NCBI RefSeq assembly: GCF_009914755.1
Contig: NC_060940.1
Direction: 5' to 3' (one strand)
DNA from: the human T2T-CHM13v2.0 reference genome, Homo sapiens
Length of the DNA: 64,000 nucleotides
In this document: positions 1-14,057 of the stretch, in pieces
Position numbering within the stretch: position 1 is the stretch's first letter
Layout of the letters: each line of letters begins with the position of its first letter
Program-made: the position numbers and the translations under genes
Notes under the pieces: generated by a model
What the model was told of the DNA's origin: nothing
Seen by the model: only the letters and a program-made list of their open reading frames with translations
The model's database searches: none

Positions 1-3000
1 CTATTCGAATCCATTTGATGATTACTTTTGATTATATTTGGTGATGATTCCATTGGAGTCCATTCAATGATTCCATTCGATTCCAATCGATGATGATTCC
101 ATTAGAGTCCATTTAATGATTCCATTTGATTCCAGTCTCTGATGATTACATTCGAGTCCATACGATGATTCCACTCAATTCCATATCATGATGATTCCAT
201 TCGATTCCATTCGATGATTCCATTCTATTCTATTCAATGGTGATTCTATTCGAGTACATTAGATGATTCCATTCGATTCCATTCAATGATGATTCTATTT
301 GTGTCCCTTAGATGGTTCCACATGATTCCATTACATGATGATACTATTTGAGCCCATCCAATGATTCCCTTCGATTCCATTCGATGAGGATTCCATTCGA
401 TTCAATTCATTGGTGATTCTATTCAATTCAATTCTTTGATTCCATTCCATTCCATTCGACAATGATTCCATTCGATTTCTTTCGATGATTCCGCTCGATT
501 CCACTTGACATTGATTCCATTCGATTCCATTCAATGATTTCGTTTGATTCCAGTGGATGATGATTGCCATCGATTCCATTCGATCACGCCATTCTATTCC
601 ATTTGATGATGATTACATTCGATTCCATTTGATGATTCCATCTGATTCTATTCGAGGATTCCATTTGATTCCATTCGATGATGATTCCATTCGAGTCCAT
701 TCGATGATTTCATTCCAGTACATCCAATGATTCCATTCGAGTCCATTTGATGATTCCATTTGATTCCATTTGATTATGATTCTACTAGAGTCCATTCAAT
801 GACTCCATTCGAATCCATTCAACAATTCCATTCGAGTCCATTCGATGATTCCATTTCATGATTCCATTCGAGTCCATTTAATCATTACAGTCAAGTCCGT
901 TTGGTGATTCCACTGGATTTCTTTTGATAATGATACCATTCAATTACATTTGATGATGATCCCATTCAATTTCATTTGATGGTGATTCCATTAGTGTCCA
1001 TTCGATGATTTCATTCGAGTCCCTTCATTGATTCCATCCGATTTCATTTGATGATGACTCCATTCGAGTTCATTCGATGATTCCACTCGATTCCATTAGA
1101 TGATTCCATTGGAGTCCATTTCATTGTTCCATTCGATTCAACTCGATTCCTTTCGAAGATTATTCCATTTGAGTCCATTCGATGATGATTCCATTCCATT
1201 CCATTCGATGATTCCGTTTGATTCCATTCGATGATTCCCTTCGATTCCTTTCTTTGATGATTCCATTCCATTCCATTCAATGATTCCATTCGAATCTATT
1301 CCATGATGATTCCTTGCGATTCCATTCGCTGATGTTTCCGTTCAATTCCATTCGATGATGATTCCATTCGATTCCATTCATTGAGGATTCCATTTGATTC
1401 CATTAAATGATGATTCCGTTCTATTCCATTCAATGATTGCATTCAATTCCATTCAATGATTATCCCCTTAGAGTAAACTCAACGATTCCATTCAATACCA
1501 TTCGATGATGATTCCTTTTGAGTCCATTCAATGATTTCATTCAAGTCCATTTGATGATTCCTTTCAATTCCATTCTATGATGATTCCATTCGAGTCCATT
1601 CGATGATTCCATTCCATTGCATTCGATGATTCCATTATATTCCAGTCAACGATGATTCCATTCGAGTCCATTCGATGATTCCATTAGAGTACATTTAATG
1701 ATTGCTTTGTTTTCAATTCGAAGATGATTACATTGGATTCCATTCTATGATACCATTCGATTCCATTCAATGATGATTCCACTCAAATCCATTGGATGAT
1801 TCCATTCGTGTCCGTTCGGTGATTTCATTAGATTCCATTCGAGGATGATTCCATTCGATTCCATTCGATGATTCCATTCAATTCCATTCGATGATGATTC
1901 CATTCCAGTCCATATGATCATTCCATTTGATTTCATTCGATGATGATTCCATTCGATTCCATTCGATGATTCCATTCTATTCCATTCGATGATGATTCCA
2001 TTCGAGTCCATTCGATGATTCCATTCGAGTCCATTTAATGATTCCATTGGGTTCAATTCAATGATGATTACATTGGATTCCGTTCTATGATTCCATTCAA
2101 TTCCGTTCATTGACAATTTGATTCCATTTGATGATGATTCCATTTGAGTTCATTCGATGATTCTATTCGATTCTCTTCGATGGTGATTCAATTCTATTAT
2201 ATTGGATGATTCCATTCGATTCCATTTTATGTTGATTCAATTCGATTCTATTCGATGATGATTCCATTGGATTTCACTTGATGATTCTATTCGATTCCAT
2301 TTAATGATGATTCACTTCTCGTCCATTGGATGATTCCATTTCATTCCATTCGATGATGATTCCATTCGATTCCTTTCGATGATTCCATTTGATTCCATGC
2401 GACGGTGAGCAATTCGATTCAATTCCATGATGATTCTATTTGATTCAATTAGATGATGTTTCCATTCGAATCCATTCCATGATTATTCCATTGGAATCCA
2501 TTTGGCGATGATTCCATATGAGTCAATTCAATGATGATTCCATATGGGTCCGTTCGATGATAATTCCATTTGATTTCATTCGATGCTTCTATTCAATTCC
2601 AGTCGATGATGATTCCGTTGGAGTCCATACGATGATTCCATTTGATTTCATTTGATGATGATTCCATTCGATGGTGATTACATTGGATTCCATTCTATGA
2701 TTCCATTCAATTCCATTCGTTGATGATTCGATTCCATTCAATGATGTTTCCATTTGAGTTCATTCGATGATTCTATTCGATTCCGTTCGATGGTGATTCA
2801 ATTCTCTTATATTGGATGATTCCACTCGATTCCATTTGATGATTATTCCATTGGAGTCCACTTAGTGAATCCTTTAGATTCTACTCGAAGATGATTCCAT
2901 TCGAGTCCATTCAATGATACCATTCAATTTCATTCGTTGGTGCTTCCATTCAAGTGCATTCGATGATATCATTCGATTCCATTTGATGATAATTCCATTT

Positions 3001-5095
3001 GATTCCATGCGATGATTCTATTCGATTCCATTCAATGATAATTCCATTCAATTCAGTGATTCCTCTGGACTCCATTTGATGATGATTCCATTCAATGATT
3101 CCATTCGATTCTATTCCAAACTGATTCCATTTGAATCCATTTGATGATGATTCCATTAGATTCCATTTGATGATTCCATTCGATTCCATTTGACGATGAT
3201 TCCATTCGATTCCATTTGATGATTGCATTCTATTCTATTCGATGATGATTCCATTCCGTTCCATTTGATGATGATTGGATTCGATTCCATTTGATGATTT
3301 CATTTGATTCCATTCGTTAATGATTTCGATCAACTCCATTCGATGATTCCATTTGATTCCATTCGATAATGATTACATCCGAGTCCATTCGATGATTCCA
3401 TTTGAGCCCGTTCGATAATTCCATTTGAGTCCAATCAATGATTCCATTCATTTCCATTCAATGATTCCATTCGATTCCATTTGATCATTCTGGTAGGGTC
3501 CGTTCGATGTTGATTCCATTGGAGTGCATTCGATGATTCCATTCGAGTCCATTTTATGATTTGATTCGAGTCCTTTCGATGATTCCATTCGATTCCACTC
3601 GATGATGATTTCATTCGAGTCCATTCGACACTTCCAATCGATTCCATTTGATGTTTCCATTCGAGTCCAATTGATGATTCCATTCAATTCCATTCGATGA
3701 TGATTCCGTACGATTCCATTCTGTGATGATTCCATGTGATTGCATTCAATGATGATTCCTTTCGATTGCATTTGATTATGATTCATTTCGTGTTCATTCT
3801 ATGGTTCCACAGGTTTCCATTCGATGACGTTTCCGTTCGTGTCCATTCCATTATTCTATTCTATTTCATTTGATGATGATTCCATTCGATTCCATTCATT
3901 GGTGATTCCACTCAATTCCATTCAATGATTCCATTCCATTTCTTTCAACAATGATTCCATTAGTTTCTATTCGATGATCCACTTGATTCCATTTGGCGAT
4001 GATTCCATTCGTGTCCATTCGATGATTCCATTTGATTCCATATGATGATGATTCCATTCGATTCCATACCATGATGATTCCATTCGAGTCCATTCAATGG
4101 TGATTCCATTCAATTCCATTCGATGATTCCTTCCGATTCCATTCGATGATGATGACATTCGATTCCTTTCAATCATTCCCTTTGATTCCATTCAAAAGTG
4201 ATTTCATTCATGTCCATTCGATAATTGCATTCGATTACATTCTATGATGATTCCATTCGAGTCCATTTGATGATTCCATTCAATTCAAGTCAATGATGAT
4301 TCCATTCGATTCCACTCGATGATTCCATTGGATTCCATTCGATGATGATTCCATTAAAATCCATTCGATAATTCAATTCAAGTCCATTCGATGATGATTC
4401 CAATCGAATCCATTCAAAGATTCCATTCAATTCCATTCGATGATGATTCCCTTAGATTCCATTCGATGTTTCCACTTGATTCCATTTACGATGATTCCAT
4501 TCGATTCCATGTGATGAATCCATTCAATTCTATTCAATGATGTTTCCATTTGATTCCATTGGACCTTGATTGCCTTTGATTCCATTCAATGATTCCATTC
4601 GGTTCCATTTGATGATGATTCCGTTCGATTCCATTTCATTATTCCATTTGATTCCATTGGATGAGTCCATTCGATTACATTCGATGATTATTCCATTCGA
4701 GTGCATTAGATGATTGCATTCGAGTCCATTCGATGATTCCATTCGATTCCATTCGATGTTGATTCTGTTCAAATCCATTCGATGATTCCACTCGATTCCA
4801 TTCGATGACTCCATTTGATCCCATTCGATGATTTCCTGTGATTCCCTTTGATGATCATTCTATTTGATTCAATTCGGTGATTTCATTTCATTCCATTCAG
4901 TGATGTTTCCATTCGACTGTATTCGATGATGATTCCATTCGACTCCATTCGATTATGATTTCATTCAATTCCATTCAATAATGATTCCCTTCGAGTCCAT
5001 TCGATGATTCCATTCGATTCCATTCAACGATGATTTGATTCGTTTCCATTCGATGATTCCATTTGATTCCACTTGATGATGATTCCATTCGAGTC
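1..5095 (+). repeat. Diverged partial HOR copy (edge copy 1)
   Basis: Collinear with 13728-~18810 at offsets 13727, 13737, 13721 and 13718, read from homologous ORF coordinates. It carries many private substitutions. Collinearity ends at GAGTCTATTTATGTATTATATTCG (~5091). Confidence 0.85.
2441..2451 (-). promoter_or_regulatory. DUX4 consensus motif TAATTGAATCA (representative; also 16178, 22263, 28470, 34582, 40694, 46806, 52866, 58926)
   Basis: The + strand reads TGATTCAATTA, whose reverse complement TAATTGAATCA matches TAAYBBAATCA. DUX4 is known to bind HSATII and activate its transcription. Occupancy at this site is not shown by the sequence. Confidence 0.55.
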
Positions 5096-6920
5096 TATTT
5101 ATGTATTATATTCGTGTCCACTTCATGATTCCATTCAATTCCATTTAATGTTGATTCCATTTGATTCCATTTGATGATTCAGTTCGATTCCTTGCAATGA
5201 TTCCCTACGATTCCTTTCTATGATGATTCCATTCGATTCCATTCATTTATGATTTCATTCGACTCCATTCGATGATGATTCCTTTCGATTCCATTTGACG
5301 ATGTTTCCATTCGAGTCCATTCGATGATGATTCTATTCAATTCTGTTCTATTATGATTCCATTCGATTTCATTCAATGCTTCTATTTGATTCCATTCGAT
5401 GATGATTCCATCTCTTTCCCTTCGATGATTCCATTTGATTCCATTCAGTGATGATTCCATTTGATTCCATCTGATGATGATTTCACTTGATTCCTTTCAA
5501 TGATGATTCAATTCAAGTCCATTCGATGATTCCATTGGAGTCCAAACGATCATTCCGTTCGATTCCATTCAATGGTGATTCCATTCATGTCCATTCGATG
5601 AATCCATTCAATTCCATTCGATGATGACTCCATTCGAGTACATTCGATGATTCCATTTGATTCCATTTGAAGATGATTCCATTCAATTCCATTCGAAGAT
5701 GATTCCATTCAATTCCATTCGATGATGATTCCGTATGAATCCATTCTCTGATTATTCCATTCGATTCCATTCATTGACGATTCCATTCAATTCCATTCAA
5801 TGATGATTCTCTTCTATTCCATTCGATGATTCCGGTCGATTCCATTCGATGATGATTCCATTAGATTCCATTCGATTGTTGCATTCGATTCCCTTCGATG
5901 ATGATTCCTTTGAATTCCATTCGATTATCATTCCGTATGAATCCATTTGATGATTATTCCATTGGATTCCTTTCGATGATGATTCCATTCGATTCCATTT
6001 GATGATGTTTCTCTTGTATTCCATTGGATAATTCCTTTCAGTTCCCTTCGATGATTATTCTTTCGAGTCAATTCGATGATTCTATTCCATTCCCTTCGAT
6101 GATGATTCCATTTCACTCCATTTGATGATTCCATTCGACTCAATTTGGTGATGATTCAATTCGATGACATTCGATGACTCCATTCAATTTCATTTGATGA
6201 TGATTACATTCGAGTCCATTTGATGATTGTATTCCTTTCCTTTTGATGATTATTCCATTCGTGTCTATTCAAAGGTTCCATTCTATTCCATTCAATGATG
6301 ATTGCATTTGATTCCATTCAATGATTATGGCTATCGATTCCACTCGTTGATTCCATTTGATTCCGTTCGATGATTATTCCGTTAGATTCCATTAGAAGAT
6401 TCCATTCGATTTTATTCAATGATTCCAATGGATTCCATTCAATGATGATTCCATTCGACTCCATTCAGTGATTCCATTCGAGTCCATTTGATGATTCCAT
6501 TCTTTTCCATTTGATGATGATTCCATTAGGGTCCATTCAATGATTCCATTCGAGTCCATTCGTTAATGCCTTTCGAGTCCTTTTGATCACTACATTCGAG
6601 TCCATTCAATGATTCTATTCGATTCCATTCCATGATGATTCCATTCGAGTTCATTCGATGATTGCATTCGAGTCCATTTGATGATTCCATATGATTCCCT
6701 TCGACAATGCTTCCATTCGTGTCCATTTGATGATTCCATTCATTTCCTATCGATGAAGATTCCATTCAAGTGTATTCGATGATTCCATTCAAATCCATTC
6801 GATGATGATTCCATTCCAGTCCATTCGATCATTCCACTTGATTCCATTTGATGACTATTCCATTCAAATCCATTTGATGATTCCATTCGATTCCATTCGA
6901 TGTTACCATTCGAGTATATA
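5096..6920 (+). repeat. ~1.8-kb HSat2 segment not collinear with the 6.1-kb HOR
   Basis: Still made of 23/26-bp sub-units, but it has words I do not see elsewhere in the window (TCCTTGCAATGATTCCCTACG, GGAGTCCAAACGATC, TTATGGCTATCG, GAGTATATACG). The ORFs at 5218, 5585, 5797, 5928 and 6526 have no repeats in the track. Confidence 0.75.
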
Positions 6921-9900
6921 CGATGATTCCACTCGATTCCATTTGATGATTATTCCATTGGAGTCCACTTAGTGAATCCTTTAGATTCTACTCGAAGATG
7001 AATCCATTCGAGTCCATTCGATGATACCATTCAATTCCATTCGTTGATGCTTCCATTCAAGTGCATTCGATGATATCATTCGATTCCATTTGATGATAAT
7101 TCCATTTGATTCCATGCGATGATTCTATTCGATTCCATTCAATGATAATTCCATTCAATTCAGTGATTCCTCTGGACTCCATTTGATGATGATTCCATTC
7201 AATGATTCCATTCGATTCTATTCGAAAATGATTCCATTTGAATCCATTTGATGATGATTCCATTGGATTCCATTTGATGATTCCATTCTGTTGTATTCGA
7301 TGATGATTCCATTCGATTCCATTCGATGATGATTGGATTCGATTCCATTTGATGATTTCATTTGATTCCATTCGATAATGATTTCGATCAATTCCATTTG
7401 ATGATTCCATTCTGTTGTATTCGATGATGATTCCATTCGATTCCATTCGATGATGATTGGATTCGATTCCATTTGATGATTTCATTTGATTCCATTCGAT
7501 AATGATTTCGATCAATTCCATTCGATGATTCCATTCGATTCCATTCGATAATGATTACATCCGAGTCCATTCGATGATTCCATTTGAGCCCGTTCGATAA
7601 TTCCATTTGAGTCCAATCAATGATTCCATTCATTTCCATTCAATGATTCCATTCGAGTCCATTTGATCATTCCGGTAGGGTCCGTTCGATGTTGATTCCA
7701 TTGGAGTGCATTCGATGATTCCATTCGAGTCCATTTTAGGATTTGATTCGAGTCCTTTCGATGATTCCATTCGATTCCACTCGATGATTTCATTCGAGTC
7801 CATTCGACACTTCCAATCGATTCCATTTGATGATTCCATTCGAGTCCAATTGATGATTCCATTCAATTCCATTCGATGATGATTCCGTACGATTCCATTC
7901 TGTGATGATTCCATGTGATTGCATTCAATGATGATTCCTTTCGATTGCATTCGATTATGATTCATTTCGTGTTCATTCTATGGTTCCACAGGTTTCCATT
8001 CGATGATGTTTCCATTCGTGTCCATTCCATTATTCCATTCTATTCCATTTGAAGATGATTCCATTCGATTCCATTCATTGGTGATTCCACTCAATTCCAT
8101 TCAATGATTCCATTCCATTTCTTTCAACAATGATTCCATTAGTTTCTATTCGATGATCCACTTGATTCCATTTGACGATGATTCCATTCGTGTCCATTCG
8201 ATGATTCCATTTGATTCCATATGATGATGATTCCATTCGATTCCATACGATGATGATTCCATTCGAGTCCATTCAATGGTGATTCCATTCAATTCCATTC
8301 GATGATTCCTTTCGATTCCATTCAATGATGATGGCATTCGATTCCTTTCGATCATTCCCTTTGATTCCATTCAAAGGTGATTTCATTCAAGTCCATTCGA
8401 TAATTGCATTCGATTCCATTCTATGATGATTCCATTCGAGTCCATTTGATGATTCCATTCAATTCAAGTCAATGATGATTCCATTCGATTCCACTCGATG
8501 ATTCCATTGGATTCCATTCGATGATGATTCCATTCAAATCCATTCGATAATTCAATTCAAGTCCATTCGATGATGATTCCAATCGAATCCATTCAAAGAT
8601 TCCACTCAATTCCATTCGATGATGATTCCCTTAGATTCCATTCGATGATTCCACTTGATTCCATTTACGATGATTCCATTCGATTCCATGTGATGATTCC
8701 ATTCAATTCTATTCAATGATGTTTCCACTTGATTCCATTCGAACATGATTGCCTTTGATTCCATTCAATGATTCCATACGGTTCCATTTGATGATGATTC
8801 CATTCGAGTGCATTAGATGATTCCATTCGAGTCCATTCGATGATTCCATTCGATTCCATTCGATGTTGATTCTGTTCAAATCCATTCGATGATTCCACTC
8901 GATTCCATTCGATGACTCCATTTGATCCCATTCGATGATTTCCTTTGATTCCCTTTGATGATCATTCCATTTGATTCAATTCGGTGATTTCATTTGATTC
9001 CATTCAGTGATGTTTCCATTTAACTCCTTTGGATGATGATTCCATTCGACTCCATTCGATTATGATTTCATTCAATTCCAATCGATAATGATTCCCTTCC
9101 AGTCCATTCGATGATTCCATTCGATTCCATTCAACGATGATTTGATTCGTGTCCATTCGATGATTCCATTTGATTCCATTTGATGATGATTCCATTCGAG
9201 TCCCTTTGATGATTCCATTCAATTCCATTCTCCGATGATTTCTTTTGAGCCCATTCAATGCTTCCACTCGATTCCATATGATGATGACTCCATTTGATGA
9301 AATTCCATGATGATTCCATTCGCTTGCATTCGATGATGATTCAACTTGAGTCAGTTAGAAGATTCTATTCAATTACATTCCATGACGATTCTGTTCGAGT
9401 CCATTTGATGATTCCATTAGACTCCATTCGACGATGATTCCATTCGATGTTATTCGATGATGATTCCATTCAACTCCATTCTATGTTTCCATTCGAGTTC
9501 ATTCTATTATTCCATTAGATTCCATTCGATGATGATTCCATTCGATTCCATTTGATGATTGCATTCTATTTCATTTGATGATGATTCCATTCGAGTCCAT
9601 TCGATGATTCCATTCGAGCCTATTTAATGAATCCATTGGTTTCAATTGTATGATGATTACATTGGATTCCATTCGTTGTTGATTTCATTCGATTCCATTC
9701 AATGATGATTCCATTCAATTCCATTCAATGATTCCATTCAATTCCATACGATGATGATTCCATTTGATTTGATTCGACAGTGAGCCATTCGATTCAATTC
9801 CATGATGATTCTATTTTATTCAATTGGTTGACATTTCCATTCGATTCCATTCGATGATGATTCCCTTTGATTCCATTCAAAGATGATTCCATTCTAGCCC

Positions 9901-10365
9901 ATTCAATCATTCCATTCGATTCTATTCAATGATGATTCCATTCATGTCGATTTGGTGATTCCATTTGACTTCATTTGATGATGATTCCTTTCAAGTTCAT
10001 TAGATGATTCCATTCGATTCCATTTGATGATGATCCCATTCGAGTCCATTTGATGATTCCACTCGTTTCCATTCCATGATGATTCCATTCCATTCCATTC
10101 AATGATTCCATTCGATTCCGATTGATGATGATTTCATTCGAGTCCATTTGATGATTCCATTTGATTCCATTCGATGATGATTACATTCGAGTCCATACGA
10201 TGATTCCACTCAATTCCATATGATGATGATTCCATTCGATTGCATTCGGTGATTCCATTCTATTCTATTCAATGGTGATTCCATTCGAGTACATTAGATG
10301 ATTCCATTCGATTCCATTCAATGATGATTCTATTTGTGTCCCTTAGATGGTTCCACATGATTCCA
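6921..10365 (+). repeat. Diverged partial HOR copy (edge copy 2) with several internal indels
   Basis: Re-enters the HOR at CCACTCGATTCCATTTGATGATTATTCCATTGGAGTCCACTTAGTG, equivalent to ~2815 (offset 4107). It carries a 124-bp duplication and deletions of 49, 3, 72, 23 and 170 bp. Confidence 0.85.
7270..7520 (+). repeat. 124-bp perfect or near-perfect tandem duplication
   Basis: TTCCATTCTGTTGTATTCG occurs at 7281 and 7405. GATTGGATTCG and ATTTCGATCAATTCC also occur twice. Confidence 0.9.
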
Positions 10366-13300
10366 TTTCATGATGATACTATTTGAGCCCATCCAATGAT
10401 TCCCTTCGATTCCATTCGATGAGGATTCCATTCGATTCAATTCATTGGTGATTCTATTCAATTCAATTCTTTGATTCCATTCCATTCCATTCGACAATGA
10501 TTCCATTCGATTTCTTTCGATGATTCCACTCGATTCCACTTGACATTGATTCCATTCGATTCCATTCAATGATTCCGTTTGATTCCAGTGGATGATGATT
10601 GCCATCGATTCCATTCGATCACTCCATTCTATTCCATTTGATGATGATTACATTCGATTCCATTTGATGATTCCATCTGATTCTATTCGAGGATTCCATT
10701 TGATTCCATTCGATGATGATTCCATTCGAGTGCATTCGATGATTTCATTCGAGTACATCCAATGATTCCATTCGAGTCCATTTGATGATTCCATTTGATT
10801 CCATTTGATTATGATTCTACTAGAGTCCATTCAATGACTCCATTCGAATCCATTCAACAATTCCATTCGAGGCCATTCGATGATTCCATTTCATGATTCC
10901 ATTCGAGTCCATTTAATCATTACAGTCGAGTCCATTTGGTGATTCCACTGGATTTCTTTTGATAATGATAACATTCAATTACATTTGATGAGGATCCCAT
11001 TCAATTTCATTTGATGGTGATTCCATTAGAGTCCATTCGATGATTTCATTCGAGTCCCTTCATTGATTCCATCCGATTTCATTGGATGATGACTCCATTC
11101 GAGTCCATTCGATGATTCCACTCGATTCCATTAGATGGTTCCTTTGGAGTCCATTTGATTGTTCCATTCGATTCTATTCGATTCCTTTTGAAGATTATTC
11201 CATTTGAGTCCATTCGATGATGATTCCATTCCATTCCATTCGATGATTCCGTTTGATTCCATTCGATGATTCCCTTCGATTCCTTTCTTTGATGATTCCA
11301 TTCCATTCCATTCAATGATTCCATTCGAATCTATTCCATGATGATTCCTTTCGATTCCATTCGCTGATGTTTCCGTTCAATTCCATTCGATGATGATTCC
11401 ATTCGATTCCATTCATTGAGGATTCCATTTCATTCCATTCAATGATGATTCCATTCTATTCCATTCAATGATTGCATTCAATTCCATTCAATGATTATCC
11501 CATTAGAGTAAACTCAACGATTCCATTCAATACCATTCGATGATGATTCCTTTTGAGTCCATTCAATGATTTCATTCAAGTCCATTTGATGATTCCTTTC
11601 AATTCCATTCTATGATGATTCCATTCGAGTCCATTCGATGATTCTATTCGATTGCATTCGATGATTCCATTATATTCCATTCAACGATGATTCCATTCGA
11701 GTCCATTCGATGATTCCATTAGTGTACATTTAATGATTGCTTTGTTTTCAATTCGAAGATGATTACATTGGATTCCATTCTATGATACCATTCGATTCCA
11801 TTCAATGATGATTCCACTCAAATCCATTGGATGATTCCATTCGTGTCCATTCGGTGATTTCATTAGATTCGATTCGAGGATGATTCCATTCGATTCCATT
11901 CGATGATGATTCCATTCGAGTCCATATGATGATTCCATTTGATTTCATTTGATGATGATTCCATTCGATTCCATTCGATAATTCAATTCAAGTCCATTCG
12001 ATGATGATTCCAATCGAATCCATTCAAAGATTCCATTCAGTTCCATTCGATGATTCCCTTGGATTCCATTCGATGATTCCACTTGATTGCATTTACGATG
12101 ATTCCATTCGATTCCATGTGATGATTCCATTCAATTCTATTCAATGATGTCTCCATTTGATTCCATTCGACCATGATTGCCTTTGATTCCATTCAATGAT
12201 TCCATTCGGTTCCGTTTGATGATGATTCCGTTCGATTCCATTTGATGATTCCATTTGATTCCATTGGATGAGTCCATTCGATTACATTCGATGATTATTC
12301 CATTCGAGTGCATTAGATGATTCCATTCGAGTCCATTCGATGATTCCATTCGATTCCATTCGATGTTGATTCTGTTCAAATCCATTCGATGATTCCACTC
12401 GATTCCATTCGTTGACTCCATTTGATCCCATTCGATGATTTCCTTTGATTCCCTTTGATGATCATTCCATTTGATTCAATTCGGTGATTTCATTTGATTC
12501 CATTCAGTGATGTTTCCATTCGACTCCATTCGATGATGATTCCATTCGACTCCATTCGATTATGATTTCATTCAATTCCATTCGATAATGATTCCCTTCG
12601 AGTCCATTCGATGATTCCATTCGATTCCATTCAACGATGATTTGATTCGTGTCCATTCGATGATTCCATTTGATTCCACTTGATGATGATTCCATTCGAG
12701 TCCATTTGATGATTCCATTCAATTCCATACTCCGATGATTTCTTTTGAGCCCACTAAATGCTTCCACTCGATTCCATATGATGATGACTCCATTCGATGA
12801 AATTCGATGATGATTCCATTCGCTTGCTTTCGATGATGATTCCACTTGAGTCCGTTAGAAGATTCTATTGAATTACATTCCATGACGATTCCGTTCGAGT
12901 CCATTTGATGATTCCATTAGACTCCATTCGACGATGATTCCATTCGATGTTATTCGATGATTCCATTCGATCTCATTCGATGATGATTCCATTCAACTCC
13001 ATTCGATGTTTCCATTCGAGTTCATTCTATTATTCCATTAGATTCCATTCGATGATGATTCCATTCGATTCCATTTGATGATTGCATTCTATTTCATTTG
13101 ATGATGATTCCATTCGAGTCCACTCGATGATTCCATTCGAGTCCATTTAATGAATCCATTGGTTTCAATTCTATGATGATTACATTGGATTCCATTCGTT
13201 GATGATTTCATTCGGTTCCATTCAATGATGATTCCATTCAATTCCTTTCAATGTTTCCATTCAATTCCATACGATGATGATTCCATTTGATTTGATTCGA

Positions 13301-14057
13301 CAGTGAGCCATTCGATTCAATTTCATGATGATTCTATTTATTCAATTGGTTGACATTTCCATTCGATTCCATTCGATGATGTTTCCCTTTGATTCCATTC
13401 AAAGATGATTCCATTCAAGCCCATTCAATCATTCCATTCGATTCTATTCAATGATGATTCCATTCATGTCGATTTGGTGATTCCATTTGACTTCATTTGA
13501 TGATGATTCCTTTCAAGTTCATTAGATGATTCCATTCGATTCCATTTGATGATGATCCCATTCGAGTCCATTCAGTGATTCCATTCGTTTCCATTCCATG
13601 ATGATTGCATTCCTTTCCATTCAATGATTCCATTCGATTCCGTTTGATGATGATTTCATTCGAGTCCATTTGATGATTCCATTTGATTCCATTCGATGAT
13701 GATTCCATTCGAGTCCATTCGATGATTCTATTCGAATCCATTTGATGATTTCTTTTGATTATATTTGGTGATGATTCCATTGGAGTCCATTCAATGATTC
13801 CATTCTATTCCAATCGATGATGATTCCATTAGATTCCATTTAATGATTCCATTAGATTCCAGTCTCTGATGATTACATTCGAGTCCATACAATGATTCCA
13901 CTCAATTCCATATGATGATGATTCCATTTGATTCCATTCGGTGATTCCATTCTATTCTATTCAATGGTGATTCCATTCGAGTACATTAGATGATTCCATT
14001 CGATTCCATTCAATGATGATTCTATTTGTGTCCCTTAGATGATTCCACATGATTCCA
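10366..14057 (+). repeat. Internally deleted HOR unit, 3692 bp
   Basis: Marker ORF ends at 10614 and 14306, giving 3692 bp. This equals 6112-10-23-2386-1, with the large junction at ~11950-11980. Confidence 0.88.

Noticed and set aside
5096-6920. Mobile element insertion with target-site duplication
   Set aside because: The segment is itself HSat2, with no poly(A) tail, LTR, TIR or Alu/L1 sequence. The flanking repeat is ~2.3 kb and diverged, so it is not a target-site duplication.
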